This document shows, piece after piece, positions 47,291-61,060 of a stretch of DNA of 64,000 nt. The DNA comes from Macrostomum lignano. Its lineage: Eukaryota. How positions within the stretch are numbered: the stretch's first letter is position 1; every line of letters begins with the position of its first letter. The notes beneath the pieces were generated by a model, which was given only the letters and a program-made list of their open reading frames with translations, did no database searches and was not told where the DNA came from. The position numbers were made by a program, and so were the translations under genes. Where the stretch lies: the NCBI GenBank assembly GCA_002269645.1, contig NIVC01002620.1:20770-84769 (forward strand), read 5' to 3'.

Positions 47291-47987
47291 CAGTAGGTAA
47301 ATAAGGACGGATAGAAAGTAATAAATATTGTGCTGTGATAAGGGATGGATAAGGAGTAACTCGTAATTGACGGCAATTGATAAGTGTTTCGAGTGTGTTT
47401 ATGGATAAGCGCAATAATCAAAGACGGAAAAGGGTTAATCAAGAAAATAGGATCTCTAAGGCCAGATTGATGGTAATCCCTCAAAATTTGTACGAAGTAT
47501 CTCTGCTTTAAAAATAAACAGCAATAAATATCGGCCTTAATTGCAATAGTCATTTGTACTTTTTGTAGAAGCCTAAATGCATAAGGCAACGCTTCCATCC
47601 AGTCTACCATGCATTGTATTTAAACGCCTTATCAAACAAGTCTAAGTAAAACTGTTCTTTTCTTATCAAAGTCCTACTGGCCAATCAGAGGCTTGCCTAG
47701 GATTGGGACGAAAATCAAAACCAACCGTACAATGGAAAGATGTACATGCAGCTAAAAGGCTAACCAAGAGACCCCCCACAGAAGAGCAATGTACATTCTG
47801 CAATGGGGAGGGTTAAAAATGGAAGGAGAAGGACCAATGAGCGACGACTTCAGCTGGAAGAAGCGGCACACAGCCGATCAATAAAAAAGTTTAACAACAA
47901 AAACCAGTTGATATTCAACTCCTCGATCAGACAACTCTCAGGTAGCTACGAAACGAAAGCACCTAAAAATTCTCAGAAACAAAAAGC

Positions 47988-49155
47988 ATGTCGTCAAGTG
48001 CTGAACGCAACAAAAAAGGCTGCGGCTACCACATCTCGACTGGACTGTCAAGGACGTCGCGCATTCTGGCATTGATCACGGCTTTATGTGTAGCAGCCAC
48101 TCTTCTCTACGTGTTCGTCCTGCTGGTACCAGCTTGGAGAATTGTTCACGTTGATTCCCAAAGAATCGGAGCTCTTCTAACCAACAGCAGCAGCAGCAGC
48201 AGCAGCAATGAAGATATTCGCAAGCAACAGGAGGCGCTGAGTAAGGATCCTCTGCTGCGGAACAGAACCGCCAATGCGTTTCGCGAATGTCTGCAATCGC
48301 GACAGTCACTAGGATCGAAGCGTACTCAATCAATAAATTCGACAAGCAAAGTGGAGCGCCAAGCTGATGAGAAGAAGCAAGAACAGCAAGAGCAGCAGTT
48401 GTCAAGCAATGCTACTGAACTAATGAGCAACGTGCTGGAGATTCTGGCTGGCTTCGTCAATGCTACAAATAAGGACGGTAGAAACCAGTCTGTGAAGGTA
48501 GGGAATTCGTTTTCATTTGATTGAGTCGATTGGCTCCATTTAAATATAAACATTTACTTTTGTCCAAAATGGTTTCACACAGGTCGCGGAGAACACATCG
48601 TCAGACCACTGCTGGTTCATCGACCTTCGCTGGTCCTCCAGCTCGCCAGAGACCTCCGACGGTAGTCAGCTCGGCCAACGCTACCTGGACTGCCTTCGAG
48701 CGATCTTTCTGCTGGCCGTGGGCCTCCTGCTCTGTCACTGCCTCAGCCTCACTGGAACTCTCTACGCCTGCTTCTTAAGCAGACTGCCTCGCCCATGCTT
48801 CATCGTTCTGCTCACTTCTCACAGCCTCATCCTCAGCCAGCTAGTCGCGGCCGCTATCCTTCAGGACGTCTCAACCGGTCTGGAGTCTCGACGGCTTCAA
48901 CAACTCCTCGATTCGGCCGGATTCCCTTCGGCTGCAGGCGACGCCGTGTCGGTTGCCAGGGGCAACTGGTGTCTGGCCTTTCTCTGCTTACTGTGCTGCC
49001 TGACCGCCGCTCAGATGATCCTGCTGATGCTGCTGGCTCCCGTTGGCAAGTCCGGGATTTACAGGCCCAACTCTGACGCTGCCACTGCAGCCATGCCTGA
49101 CAAAGCTGGCACGGATGAATGCGACGCTACTGAGGACACAAATCCTCTGATCTGA
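47988..49155 (+). CDS. Tetraspan membrane protein with claudin/PMP22-like topology, 2 exons (47988-48497, 48583-49155), about 360 aa
   Basis: Donor AAG|GTAGGG and acceptor cacacag|GTC join the two ORFs in frame; four hydrophobic segments; Trp after TM1; long first loop. CCAAT motif upstream at about 47687. Family assignment rests on topology only. Confidence 0.75.
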
Positions 49156-49424
49156 TCCGATCTCTTATTGATGATGATAGCTCTAAATGAACCTGCGCAG
49201 TCTCTTGCATAGCAACTATAGAGTGATTTATTTTTTTCAATATTGCCTAAGCAAACAATTCGTTCATTTAGAAACCAATCTTGCCTATTTAATATAAAAT
49301 TCTGAAACATAAATATATTCTGTTCGAGCGTTTAATTAGTTCCGTTCTGTTCGTTTTCGATTATTAAAATATCAATAACCTGTTCTCTTGAATTTGTTTA
49401 TTTCTTTGTCGGCTGCTTAAAGGC

Positions 49425-49745
49425 CTGGTCTAAGCACCCCCTGCTGAACTCTAAGCGCCCCCTGCTGAACTCTAAGCGCCATCTGCTGAACTCTAAGCAC
49501 CCCCTGCTGAACTCTAAGCACCCCCTGCTGAACTCTAAGCGCCCCCTGCTGAACTCTAAGCGCCCCCTGCTGAACTCTAAGCGCCCCTGCTGAACTCTAA
49601 GCGCCCCTGCTGAACTCTAAGCGCCACTGCTGAACTCTAAGCGCCCCCTGCTAAACTCTAAGCGCCCCCTGCCGAACTCTAAGCGCCCCTGCTGAACTCT
49701 AAGCGCCCCTGCTGAACTCTAAGCGCCACTGCTGAACTCTAAGCG
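49425..49745. repeat. 20-21-bp minisatellite (CTGCTGAACTCTAAGCGCCCC)
   Basis: Direct reading. Confidence 0.93.
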
Positions 49746-49777
49746 CTCCTTTGTTGCATTCTAGGCGATTCTAAATA

Positions 49778-52700
49778 TCTGACACTCTGTTAAACGCCTC
49801 TAACGCTCATTCTATAGCATCTGACACTCATTCTACAGCATCTGACACTCATTCTACAGCATCTGACACTCATTCTACAGCATCTGACACTCATTCTACA
49901 GCATCTGACACTCATTCTACAGCATCTGACACTCATTCTACAACTGACACTCATTCTACAACTGACACTCATTAAACAGCATCTGACACTCATTCTACAG
50001 CATCTGACACTCATTCTACAGCATCTGACACTCATTCTACAGCATCTGACACTCATTCTACAGCATCTGACACTCATTCTACGGCATCTGATACTCATTC
50101 TACAGCATCTGACACTCATTCTACAGCATCTGACACTCATTCTACAGCATCTGACACTCATTCTACAACTGACACTCATTCTACAGCATCTGACACTCAT
50201 TCTACATCATCTGACACTCATTCTACAGCATCTGACACTCATTCTACAGCATCTGACACTCATTCTACAGCATCTGACACTCATTCTACAGCATCTGACA
50301 CTCATTCTACAGCATCTGACACTCATTCTACAGCATCTGACACTCATTCTACAGCATCTGACACTCATTCTACGGCATCTGACACTCATTCTACAGCATC
50401 TGACACTCATTCTACAGCATCTGACACTCATTCTACAACTGACACTCATTCTACAGCATCTGACACTCATTCTACATCATCTGACACTCATTCTACAGCA
50501 TCTGACACTCATTCTACAGCATCTGACACTCATTCTACAGCATCTGACACTCATTCTACAGCATCTGACACTCATTCTACAGCATCTGACACTCATTCTA
50601 CAGCATCTGACACTCATTCTACAGCATCTGACACTCATTCTACGGCATCTGACACTCATTCTACAACTGACACTCATTCTACAGCATCTGACACTCATTC
50701 TACAGCATCTGACACTCATTCTACAACTGACACTCATTCTACAGCATCTGACACTCATTCTACAGCATCTGACACTCATTCTACAGCATCTGACACTCAT
50801 TCTACAGCATCTGACACTCATTCTACGGCATCTGACACTCATTCTACAGCATCTGACACTCATTTTACAGCATCTGACACTCTGTTAAACGCCTCTGACC
50901 CTCATTCTACAGCATCTGACACTCATTCTACAACTGACACTCATTCTACAGCATCTGACACTCATTCTACAACTGACACTCATTCTACAGCATCTGACAC
51001 TCATTCTACAGCATCTGACACTCATTCTACAACTGACACTCATTAAACAGCATCTGACACTCATTCTACAGCATCTGACACTCATTCTACGGCATCTGAC
51101 ACTCATTCTACAGCATCTGACACTCATTCTACGGCATCTGACACTCATTCTACAACTGACACTCATTCTACAGCATCTGACACTCATTCTACAGCATCTG
51201 ACACTCATTCTACAACTGACACTCATTCTACAGCATCTGACACTCATTCTACAGCATCTGACACTCATTCTACAGCATCTGACACTCATTCTACAGCATC
51301 CGACACTCATTCTACGGCATCTGACACTCATTCTACGGCATCTGACACTCATTCTACAGCATCTGACACTCATTTTACAGCATCTGACACTCTGTTAAAC
51401 GCCTCTAACGCTCATTCTATAGCATCTGACACTCATTCTACAGCATCTGACACTCACTCTACATCATCTGACACTCATTCTACAGCATCTGACACTCATT
51501 CTACATCATCTGACACTCATTCTACAGCATCTGACACTCATTCTACGGCATCTGACACTCATTCTACAGCATCTGACACTCATTCTACAGCATCTGACAC
51601 TCATTCTACAGCATCCGACACTCATTCTACGGCATCTGATACTCATTCTAAGGCATCTGACACTCATTCTACAGCATCTGACACTCATTTTACAGCATCT
51701 GACACTCTGTTAAACGCCTCTGACCCTCATTCTACAGCATCTGACACTCATTCTACAACTGACACTCATTCTACAGCATCTGACACTCATTCTACAACTG
51801 ACACTCATTCTACAGCATCTGACACTCATTCTACAGCATCTGACACTCATTCTACAACTGACACTCATTAAACAGCATCTGACACTCATTCTACAGCATC
51901 TGACACTCATTCTACGGCATCTGACACTCATTCTACAGCATCTGACACTCATTCTACGGCATCTGACACTCATTCTACAACTGACACTCATTCTACAGCA
52001 TCTGACACTCATTCTACAGCATCTGACACTCATTCTACAGCATCTGACACTCATTCTACAGCATCTGACACTCATTCTACAGCATCTGACACTCATTCTA
52101 CAGCATCTGACACTCATTCTACGGCATCTGACACTCATTCTACAGCATCTGACACTCATTTTACAGCATCTGACACTCTGTTAAACGCCTCTAACGCTCA
52201 TTCTATAGCATCTGACACTCATTCTACAGCATCTGACACTCACTCTACATCATCTGACACTCATTCTACATCATCTGACACTCATTCTACAGCATCTGAC
52301 ACTCATTCTACGGCATCTGACACTCATTCTACAGCATCTGACACTCATTCTACAGCATCTGACACTCATTCTACAGCATCTGACACTCATTCTACAGCAT
52401 CTGACACTCATTCTACAGCATCTGACACTCATTCTACAGCATCCGACACTCATTCTACTGCATCTGACACTCATTCTACGGCATCTGATACTCATTCTAC
52501 AGCATCTGACACTCATTCTACAGCATCTGACACTCATTCTACAGCATCTGACACTCATTCTACAGCATCTGACACTCATTCTACATCATCTGACACTCAT
52601 TCTACAGCATCTGACACTCATTCTACAGCATCTGACACTCATTTTACAGCATCTGACACTCATTCTACAGCATCCGACACTCATTCTACTGCATCTGACA

Positions 52701-55012
52701 CTCATTCTACGGCATCTGATACTCATTCTACAGCATCTGACACTCATTCTACAGCATCTGACACTCATTCTACAGCATCTGACACTCATTCTACAGCATC
52801 TGACACTCATTCTACAGCATCTGACACTCATTCTACAGCATCTGACACTCATTCTACAGCATCTGACACTCATTCTACAGCATCTGACACTCATTCTACA
52901 GCATCTGACACTCATTCTACAGCATCTGACACTCATTCTACAGCATCTGACACTCATTCTACGGCATCTGACACTCATTCTACAACTGACACTCATTCTA
53001 CGGCATCTGACACTCATTCTACGGCATCTGACACTCATTCTACAGCATCTGACACTCATTCTACAGCATCCGACACTCATTCTACAGCATCTGACACTCA
53101 TTCTACGGCATCTGATACTCATTCTACAGCATCTGACACTCATTCTACAGCATCCGACACTCATTCTACTGCATCTGACACTCATTCTACGGCATCTGAT
53201 ACTCATTCTACATCATCTGACACTCATTCTACAGCATCTGACACTCATTCTACAGCATCTGACACTCATTCTACAGCATCCGACACTCATTCTACATCAT
53301 CTGACACTCATTCTACAGCATCTGACACTCATTCTACAGCATCTGACACTCATTCTACAGCATCTGACACTCATTCTACAGCATCTGACACTCATTTTAC
53401 AGCATCTGACACTCATTCTACAGCATCCGACACTCATTCTACTGCATCTGACACTCATTCTACGGCATCTGATACTCATTCTACAGCATCTGACACTCAT
53501 TCTACAGCATCTGACACTCATTCTACAGCATCTGACACTCATTCTACAGCATCTGACACTCATTCTACATCATCTGACACTCATTCTACAGCATCTGACA
53601 CTCATTCTACAGCATCTGACACTCATTCTACAGCATCTGACACTCATTCTACAGCATCTGACACTCATTCTACAGCATCTGACACTCATTCTACAGCATC
53701 TGACACTCATTCTACAACTGACACTCATTCTAAAGCATCTGACACTCATTCTACAGCATCTGACACTCATTCTACAGCATCTGACACTCATTCTACAGCA
53801 TCTGACACTCATTCTACGGCATCTGATACTCATTCTACAGCATCTGACACTCATTCTACAGCATCTGACACTCATTCTACAGCATCTGACACTCATTCTA
53901 CAGCATCTGACACTCATTCTACAGCATCTGACACTCATTCTACGGCATTTGATACTCATTCTACGGCATCTGATACTCATTCTACAGCATCTGACACTCA
54001 TTCTACAGCATCTGACACTCATTCTACAGCATCTGACACTCATTCTACAGCATCTGACACTCATTCTACAGCATCTGACACTCATTCTACAGCATCTGAC
54101 ACTCATTCTACGGCATTTGATACTCATTCTACGGCATCTGATACTCATTCTACAGCATCTGACACTCATTCTACAGCATCTGACACTCATTCTACAGCAT
54201 CTGACACTCATTCTACAGCATCTGACACTCATTCTACAGCATCTGACACTCATTCTACAGCATCTGACACTCATTCTACAGCATCTGACACTCATTCTAC
54301 GGCATTTGATACTCATTCTACGGCATCTGATACTCATTCTACAGCATCTGACACTCATTCTACAGCATCTGACACTCATTCTACAGCATCTGACACTCAT
54401 TCTACAGCATCTGACACTCATTCTACAGCATCTGACACTCATTCTACAGCATCTGACACTCATTCTACAACTGACACTCATTCTACAACTGACACTCATT
54501 AAACAGCATCTGACACTCATTCTACAGCATCTGACACTCATTCTACAGCATCTGACACTCATTCTACAGCATCTGACACTCATTCTACAGCATCTGACAC
54601 TCATTCTACGGCATCTGATACTCATTCTACAGCATCTGACACTCATTCTACAGCATCTGACACTCATTCTACAGCATCTGACACTCATTCTACAACTGAC
54701 ACTCATTCTACAGCATCTGACACTCATTCTACATCATCTGACACTCATTCTACAGCATCTGACACTCATTCTACAGCATCTGACACTCATTCTACAGCAT
54801 CTGACACTCATTCTACAGCATCTGACACTCATTCTACAGCATCTGACACTCATTCTACAGCATCTGACACTCATTCTACAGCATCTGACACTCATTCTAC
54901 GGCATCTGACACTCATTCTACAGCATCTGACACTCATTCTACAGCATCTGACACTCATTCTACAACTGAAACTCATTCTACAGCATCTGACACGCATTCT
55001 ACGGCATCCGAA
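49778..55012. repeat. 5.2-kb satellite of a 21-bp unit (TCTGACACTCATTCTACAGCA) with 18-bp variants
   Basis: About 250 copies; source of the MSVRCCR/LILQHLT ORFs. Confidence 0.98.
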
Positions 55013-55562
55013 TTAGGTCTACAAAAACTTAACGTTTATTTAATTAAAATAGTCACACATACTTGTTTACCATACCGGGCAAAATTACCAATGGCATAAA
55101 TACAATGCATGGGAAACCAAAAATTAGTTTCTATGCATGGGAAGAATAGCCGTTACCCGCACTAATTGATCCCGCGATCCTCTCAATCTCTGCAGCAGAA
55201 ATTTCCTGAGGGAAGCCACTAGGAGATTCTATTACAGGGCCAAGTCTGGGACTTTATTATTGCACCCCTTACTAGCAAACCGAAAGCATTAAAAATCTGA
55301 ATTTGAATTCTGCAAACTATAAAACAGCGGTCTCCGACTCTCTTTAGACGTCGAAATCCTAAATTTAGGTCATTAATAAAATGCAGCAAGCTATGGCTGT
55401 ATTAAAGTAATTCTTATATATAGTTTTAACCAGACAAATGAGGTCTGCTCTGTCTGTGTGACTAACATTTTGTTTCTTATTGAATCCAGCAAATTTTCTA
55501 TAGTTAGGATTAATTGCAGTTCACTCTTTTATTAATCCTAACTTCACGCAGTTGACCCTTTG

Positions 55563-56160
55563 ATCTCCGCCCTCTACTTTCCGCCCCTTAATCTCCGCCC
55601 TCTACTTTCCGCCCCTTAATCTCCGCCCTCTACTTTCCGCCCCTTAATCTCCGCCCTCTACTTTCCGCCCCTTAATCTCCGCCCTCTACTTTCCGCCCCT
55701 TAATCTCCGCCCTCTACTTTCCGCCCCTTAATCTCCACCCTCTACTTTTCGCCCCTTAATCTCCGCCCTCTACTTTTCGGCCCTTAATCTCTGCCCTCTA
55801 CTTTTCGATCCTTAATCTCCGCCCTCTACTTTCCGCCCCTTAATCTCCGCCCTCTACTTTCCGCCCCTTAATCTCCACCCTCTACTTTTCGCCCCTTAAT
55901 CTCCGCCCTCTACTTTTCGGCCCTTAATCTCTGCCCTCTACTTTTCGATCCTTAATCTCCGCCCTCTACTTTCCGCCCCTTAATCTCCGCCCTCTACTTT
56001 CCGCCCCTTAATCTCCGCCCTCTACTTTCCGCCCCTTAATCTCCGCCCTCTAGTTTCCGCCCCTTAATCTCCGCCCTCTACTATCCGCCCTCTACCTTCT
56101 GCCAATAATCTCCGCTCTCTATACTCTCCGCCTCTAAACTCCGTCCTTTACTTTCGGACC
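55563..56160. repeat. 28-bp minisatellite (TTAATCTCCGCCCTCTACTTTCCGCCCC)
   Basis: About 20 copies, two CCGCCC boxes per unit. Confidence 0.95.
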
Positions 56161-56814
56161 TCGGCCCCTGATCTCTTCTCTTGCTCTCCATTCCTAAGTC
56201 TGCTCTCTAATCTCTATGGCCTTGACCTACTCTCCGCCCTCTACTGCATATTCTCCACAACGTCTCTGGCAAGAATTCTGGCAAGCCTGCATTTCAGCTT
56301 CACCATGTGGAATGCCGAAAATTAATTCAGCATCCTGCACCACCAGCAGCAGCAGCACCAGCAGCAGCAGCAGCATCTCCAATATTGAGGCCAAACGATA
56401 TGCAGGGTCCCCCCGTGTAAGTTGGTGTTTCAACAGTAATACGAAACCGCCATTCCGTAATATAAGCGCCCCGCCCCCCCCCCAACTGCAGCATCGAATT
56501 CTTGCACTTGCGTTGCAATGCACACAAATTATAAGCTATACAAATGCATAGTGTGCAAAAAGTGAGAGTCACTCAATATAGCCCTGTATAGAGAGGTGGG
56601 GGCAGTCTGCTGCAGTCTCAATGCAGAGGATAAGTCATCAAATATTTATTTTTATACATTATACTGTTTTTAAGATTATTTTTATCGCTACGAATACAGG
56701 TAGGGATTAAGACAATTTTGAATGGGGGGCGCAGATTACTAGGGTACGTGTATATGTATATCATGTACATATAAATGTACACGATAATGTGTGTGTAATG
56801 TGTGATAATGTGTG

Positions 56815-57700
56815 GGGAGAGGGGAAAAGGAGAGGGGAGAGAGTAGAGGGGAGAGGGGAGAGAGTAGAGAGGAGAGAGTAGAGGGAAGAGAGTAGAGGGG
56901 AGAGAGGAGAGAGGATAGAGGAGAGAGGATAAAGGAGAGAGGATAGAGGAGAGAGGAGTGAGGAGAGAGTAGAGAGGATAGAGGAGAGAGGAGAGAGGAG
57001 AGAGGAGAGAGGAGAGAGGAGAGAGGAGAGAGGATAGAGGAGAGAGGATAGAGGAGAGAGGATAGAGGAGAGAGGAGAGGATAGAGAGGAGAGAGGAGAG
57101 AGGAGAGAGGAGAGAGGAGAGAGGAGAGAGGAGAGAGGAGAGGATAGAGAGGAGAGAGGAGAGAGTAGAGAGGATAGAGGAGAGAGGAGAGAGGAGAGAG
57201 GAGAGAGGAGAGAGAGAGAGGAGAGAGGAGAGAGGAGAGATAGAGGAGAGAGGAGAGAGGAGAGAGGAGAGAGGAGAGAGGAGAGAGGAGAGAGGAGAGA
57301 GGAGAGAGGAGAGAGGAGAGAGGAGAGAGGAGAGACGAGAGAGGAGAGAGGAGAGGGGAGAGAGGAGAGAGGAGAGAGGATAGAGGAGAGAGGATAGAGG
57401 AGAGAGGATAGAGGAGAGAGGAGAGGATAGAGAGGAGAGAGGAGAGAGGATAGAGGAGAGAGGATAGAGGAGAGAGGAGAGGATAGAGAGGAGAGAGGAG
57501 AGAGGAGAGAGGAGAGAGGAGAGAGGAGAGAGGAGATAGGAGAGAGGAGAGAGGAGAGAGGAGAGAGGAGAGAGAAGAGAGGAGAGGGGATAGAGAATAG
57601 AGAGAAGAGAGGAGAGAAGAGTGAGGAGAGAGGATAGAGGATGGAGAGAAGAGAGAAGATCAGGACAGAGGAGAGAGGAGAGAGAGAAGTAAATTCGAAA
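56815..57700. repeat. Polypurine (AGGAGAG)n tract
   Basis: About 0.9 kb, almost exclusively A/G on the plus strand. Confidence 0.95.
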
Positions 57701-58454
57701 GGAAAAGTGAATAATAGACAGGCAGTGCAGAGTAGAGAGTACAGAAAGTCTTACGTCTCGTTCAATGAATGAAGTATTTGAAAAGTCTTGGGAGTTACAA
57801 ATGTAGTTATTTAAAAGTGTTGCATTGTGGCTGGTAATACTATTAATACAGGCCTGAGACCTTCAACTCAGTTTAGACAGTCTTGGCTGCTGCCAATATT
57901 TTTGAGGAGTCGAGTTTTACCACTCGGTGGGGAAATCGCTGACCAGACTCAGTATAGGATCGGGAATCCCATTGGACCGCAGCTGCCCAAAATTCACGAT
58001 GGGGGCATGGCGGTCGGGGAGCTCCCAGCCAATCAGGGCTCGCTCCGCAGAGTCACTAGAAAACAACCAAAAGTAGATTTTGCATCCTCCGTCAACGTCA
58101 CATGCAGAAGCCACTTCAGTTTATAACAAAACCCACAATTTCCGTGTCTTCCTTCACGTCCTACAGGGCCCCAATACAATTTAAGATTTGCTAGCAACAG
58201 TTTCGTAAATCGGCTTGAGCTTACGACAAATTTCATAACTTGGATCGGATGGTAAGTTCAGTTTACTAGTATAAAATAATATTGTATTATTGCTTTAGCG
58301 TGATTAATAAATTATTCACTAATAATTGCCTATGCACAGAAAGGGTCCCGGCTTCCTTATAGCTAAGTGGGTGGTGTATAAGTCAAGCAAACCTGACGGC
58401 GGTTAGTATGCTAATACGGTTAGTATGTTAGTATTCAATGACTTATTGGATAGG

Positions 58455-58628
58455 GGGCGCCAAACAGAGGGCGCCAAACAGAGGGTGCCAAACAGAGGGT
58501 GCCAAACAGAGGGCGCCAAACAGAGGGCGCCAAACAGAGGGTGCCAAACAGAGGGTGCCAAACAGAGGGCGCCAAACAGAGGGTGCCAAACAGAGGGTGC
58601 CAAACAGAGGGCGCCAAACAGAGGGCGC
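58455..58628. repeat. 14-bp minisatellite (GCCAAACAGAGGGY)
   Basis: About 12 copies. Confidence 0.92.
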
Positions 58629-59946
58629 TAAGCATAGATTTAGGGGGCAACGGCGGTCAGCAATGAGAATCAATAGTGAAAGTAAAAACACTATATACTC
58701 GTATATATCGTATATATTAAAGATTCAGTTTAGTTTATTACATTTCGGATTTGTTTTACCAAATCTTGGCTAACAGAAGTGGAAGGACAGAAGATTTGCT
58801 GTTTTGCACAGCGCCGAATAGGGTTTCGGCCATAGACAACTTCGGCTAAGAAAAACACACCAAAGAGATAGGAACAGCTGATCATATAGCATTATCAAGT
58901 GAGCTTAGCGAAAAATATGAAAACCAGAATAATAATTGAGTGAAATCATCTTTAACTCTGGTAATAAATCAAAATGAGTTGCTGTATAAAGCCGCTAGAC
59001 ACTTAGCTACAAAGTAACCTTATAATTGACTAATATTATCATGATTATTATTCATAGTTTGAATCGCGCGTTAAATCCTACAAGCCATCATTGAAGTCAA
59101 CCTGTAAAATGATATTAAAAAACTGCATGTGGCTTCCCTGATCCCCTCCTTCATCGCGCTTGGTTGCCAACTGATTTTTTTGGGTGGAGGGCTAAAAATG
59201 CAGGTAAAAAATGTTTTGAACTGCATGGGTTATGCGGTTAAATCAAAGTTTAACGCTGCCCATAATAGTTTATTAATTGACAAAATTTTGCTCACAAACT
59301 TCGGTATCCATGCTCTAGCATATTATGCAGGCAGGGAGATTGCTGCATTGATTTTTAAGCATAATGAGATAGTTGTCCCATAATCTGGGTCTTCTCAGAC
59401 GGTTTCAGATCCCACATGTATATATTTATAGATCCCAACAGTTAGTTTTAGAACCATAAAATCGAAAGACAAAGACCCATCTTTCGCACCTAAGAGATTT
59501 CACTCGTGGGGTCGAATGACCGCCTATGATGGAGCTAAGCGTTATTCTATACGCCTAAGAATCTGAATGGAATCTGTTCACCTGGTGGAAGGTGCTAAAA
59601 AACAAGTCCACAAGGAATCAGATCGGACCACCCCCAGAGCTATGCCTGCATTAAGTATGCGTTGAAACACTGCTTCTAAAAAGAAAGCATATTAAAATGC
59701 CTTCTACAATGTTATTTTTGGCCTACATGCGGTGCTTTAAAACCATTTGGGTTTATGGTGTAGTCCGATGCATCTAAACAGTTTCAGGGGAGTTCTGTTA
59801 TCGTCATTAATAAATCGCATTCAAAAGCTACAAAATTGAGAAAGTAGACGGCGCGAGTAACTATACACAAATTTTATTACAAAGATCCTTCGTCATATAA
59901 TTAGTTAGAAATAGTTTGCTCTTCATTTCTATTTTTAGAATCAGAA

Positions 59947-60534
59947 ATGATGACAATAACAGCGTGCTCTCGGACAGTGCAGCAGCAACAGCAACAGAAC
60001 AGCAACAGCAGCTTCAGCCATCGGACAGTTTCTAGAGAAGTCGATGGAAATCAGCCCAATTGGACATCAGATGAGCTACTTCACTCTGACTCATCAGCAT
60101 CCTCAGCAGCAGCAGCAGCAGCAACAACAACACAGTCCGCCAGAGCAGCCAGGCCAGACTCCTTCATCTCTGCTCCTGCAAGACGTGAAGCCCAGCTGTT
60201 TGCCAGTAGAACCCTCTTGGTCAGGCGGTCACGGACTCGACGGTGTACCCGCCCAGACGCACGTGTACTTTGCCAGCTACACCTTGGTCAGCAACGGGGC
60301 ACGGCTGCAGCCTTCCAGCAGCACCAGCAGCAGCAGGCGATGCCTCATCTTCCACCAGAGTACATCGCAGCCAGTCATGTGCAAGTGGCCGCCAACGCGT
60401 CAACCTCGGAGACGAACGACTGCTCAGCGATGCAGCAGCAGCAGCAGCAATTTGACAGCAGCCACATGCAGTATCACCAGCATCAGCAACACCAGTTGCA
60501 GCATCCATCGACGCTCCATAATCATCCTCATCAT

Positions 60535-60566
<32 letters not shown>

Positions 60567-61060
60567 GCAACAAGTCCAGCACCAGGATGGCTCACGATCT
60601 ACCTCAGCACCGCCGAGGCATATCACCAGCAGACTTACCATGAGTATCAGCAGCAGCAGTTTGCGGACCATCAACAAATGCACCATCAGCAGCTTCAGCA
60701 GCGGCAGCAGCAGCCGCCACCGCAGCTGCCGCAGCAGCATCAAGACAGCCGTCTGGCTCAGATGAGCACTCAGCGACGCCAGGAGGAGCGGGCGACCCCG
60801 GCGAGCTGTGCCTCTTCAAGGCTGTCGAACGTCGAGCCTGCGACGTCTGCGGCGACACCGCGGCCGGATTTCACTGCGGCGCCTTCGTGTGCGAGGCTGC
60901 AAGAAGTTCTTCATCAGGTCGACCAGGGCCGGGATGCAGGGCGGGCTGGGATCAAATACAGCTGCAGCAAGGTGGGCCGCTGCGACGTTACCAAGGAGAC
61001 CAGGATCACTGCCAGCACTGCCGGTACAAGAAGTGCCTCATGCTGAATATGTTCCCGCTG
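59947..61060 (+). CDS. 2DBD: Nuclear receptor, 2DBD type (CEACKK P-box): Gln/His-rich A/B region and first C4 zinc-finger DBD; apparently frameshifted; gene continues beyond the window
   Basis: Across three frames: [20 protein letters not shown] / CKKFFIRST / IKYSCSKVGRCDVTKETR / HCQHCRYKKCLMLNM; donor CTG|GTGAGT at 61061; upstream acceptor ttttag at 59938. The 2DBD label rests on the P-box only. Confidence 0.8.

Noticed and set aside
49790-55016. Cys/Arg-rich MSVRCCR ORFs (metallothionein- or keratin-like)
   Set aside because: Translations of a 21-bp satellite, interrupted by stops wherever a variant unit occurs.
56216-58236. Short ORFs at 56.2-56.6 and 57.8-58.2 kb
   Set aside because: No recognisable domain or consistent splice chain; left unannotated.
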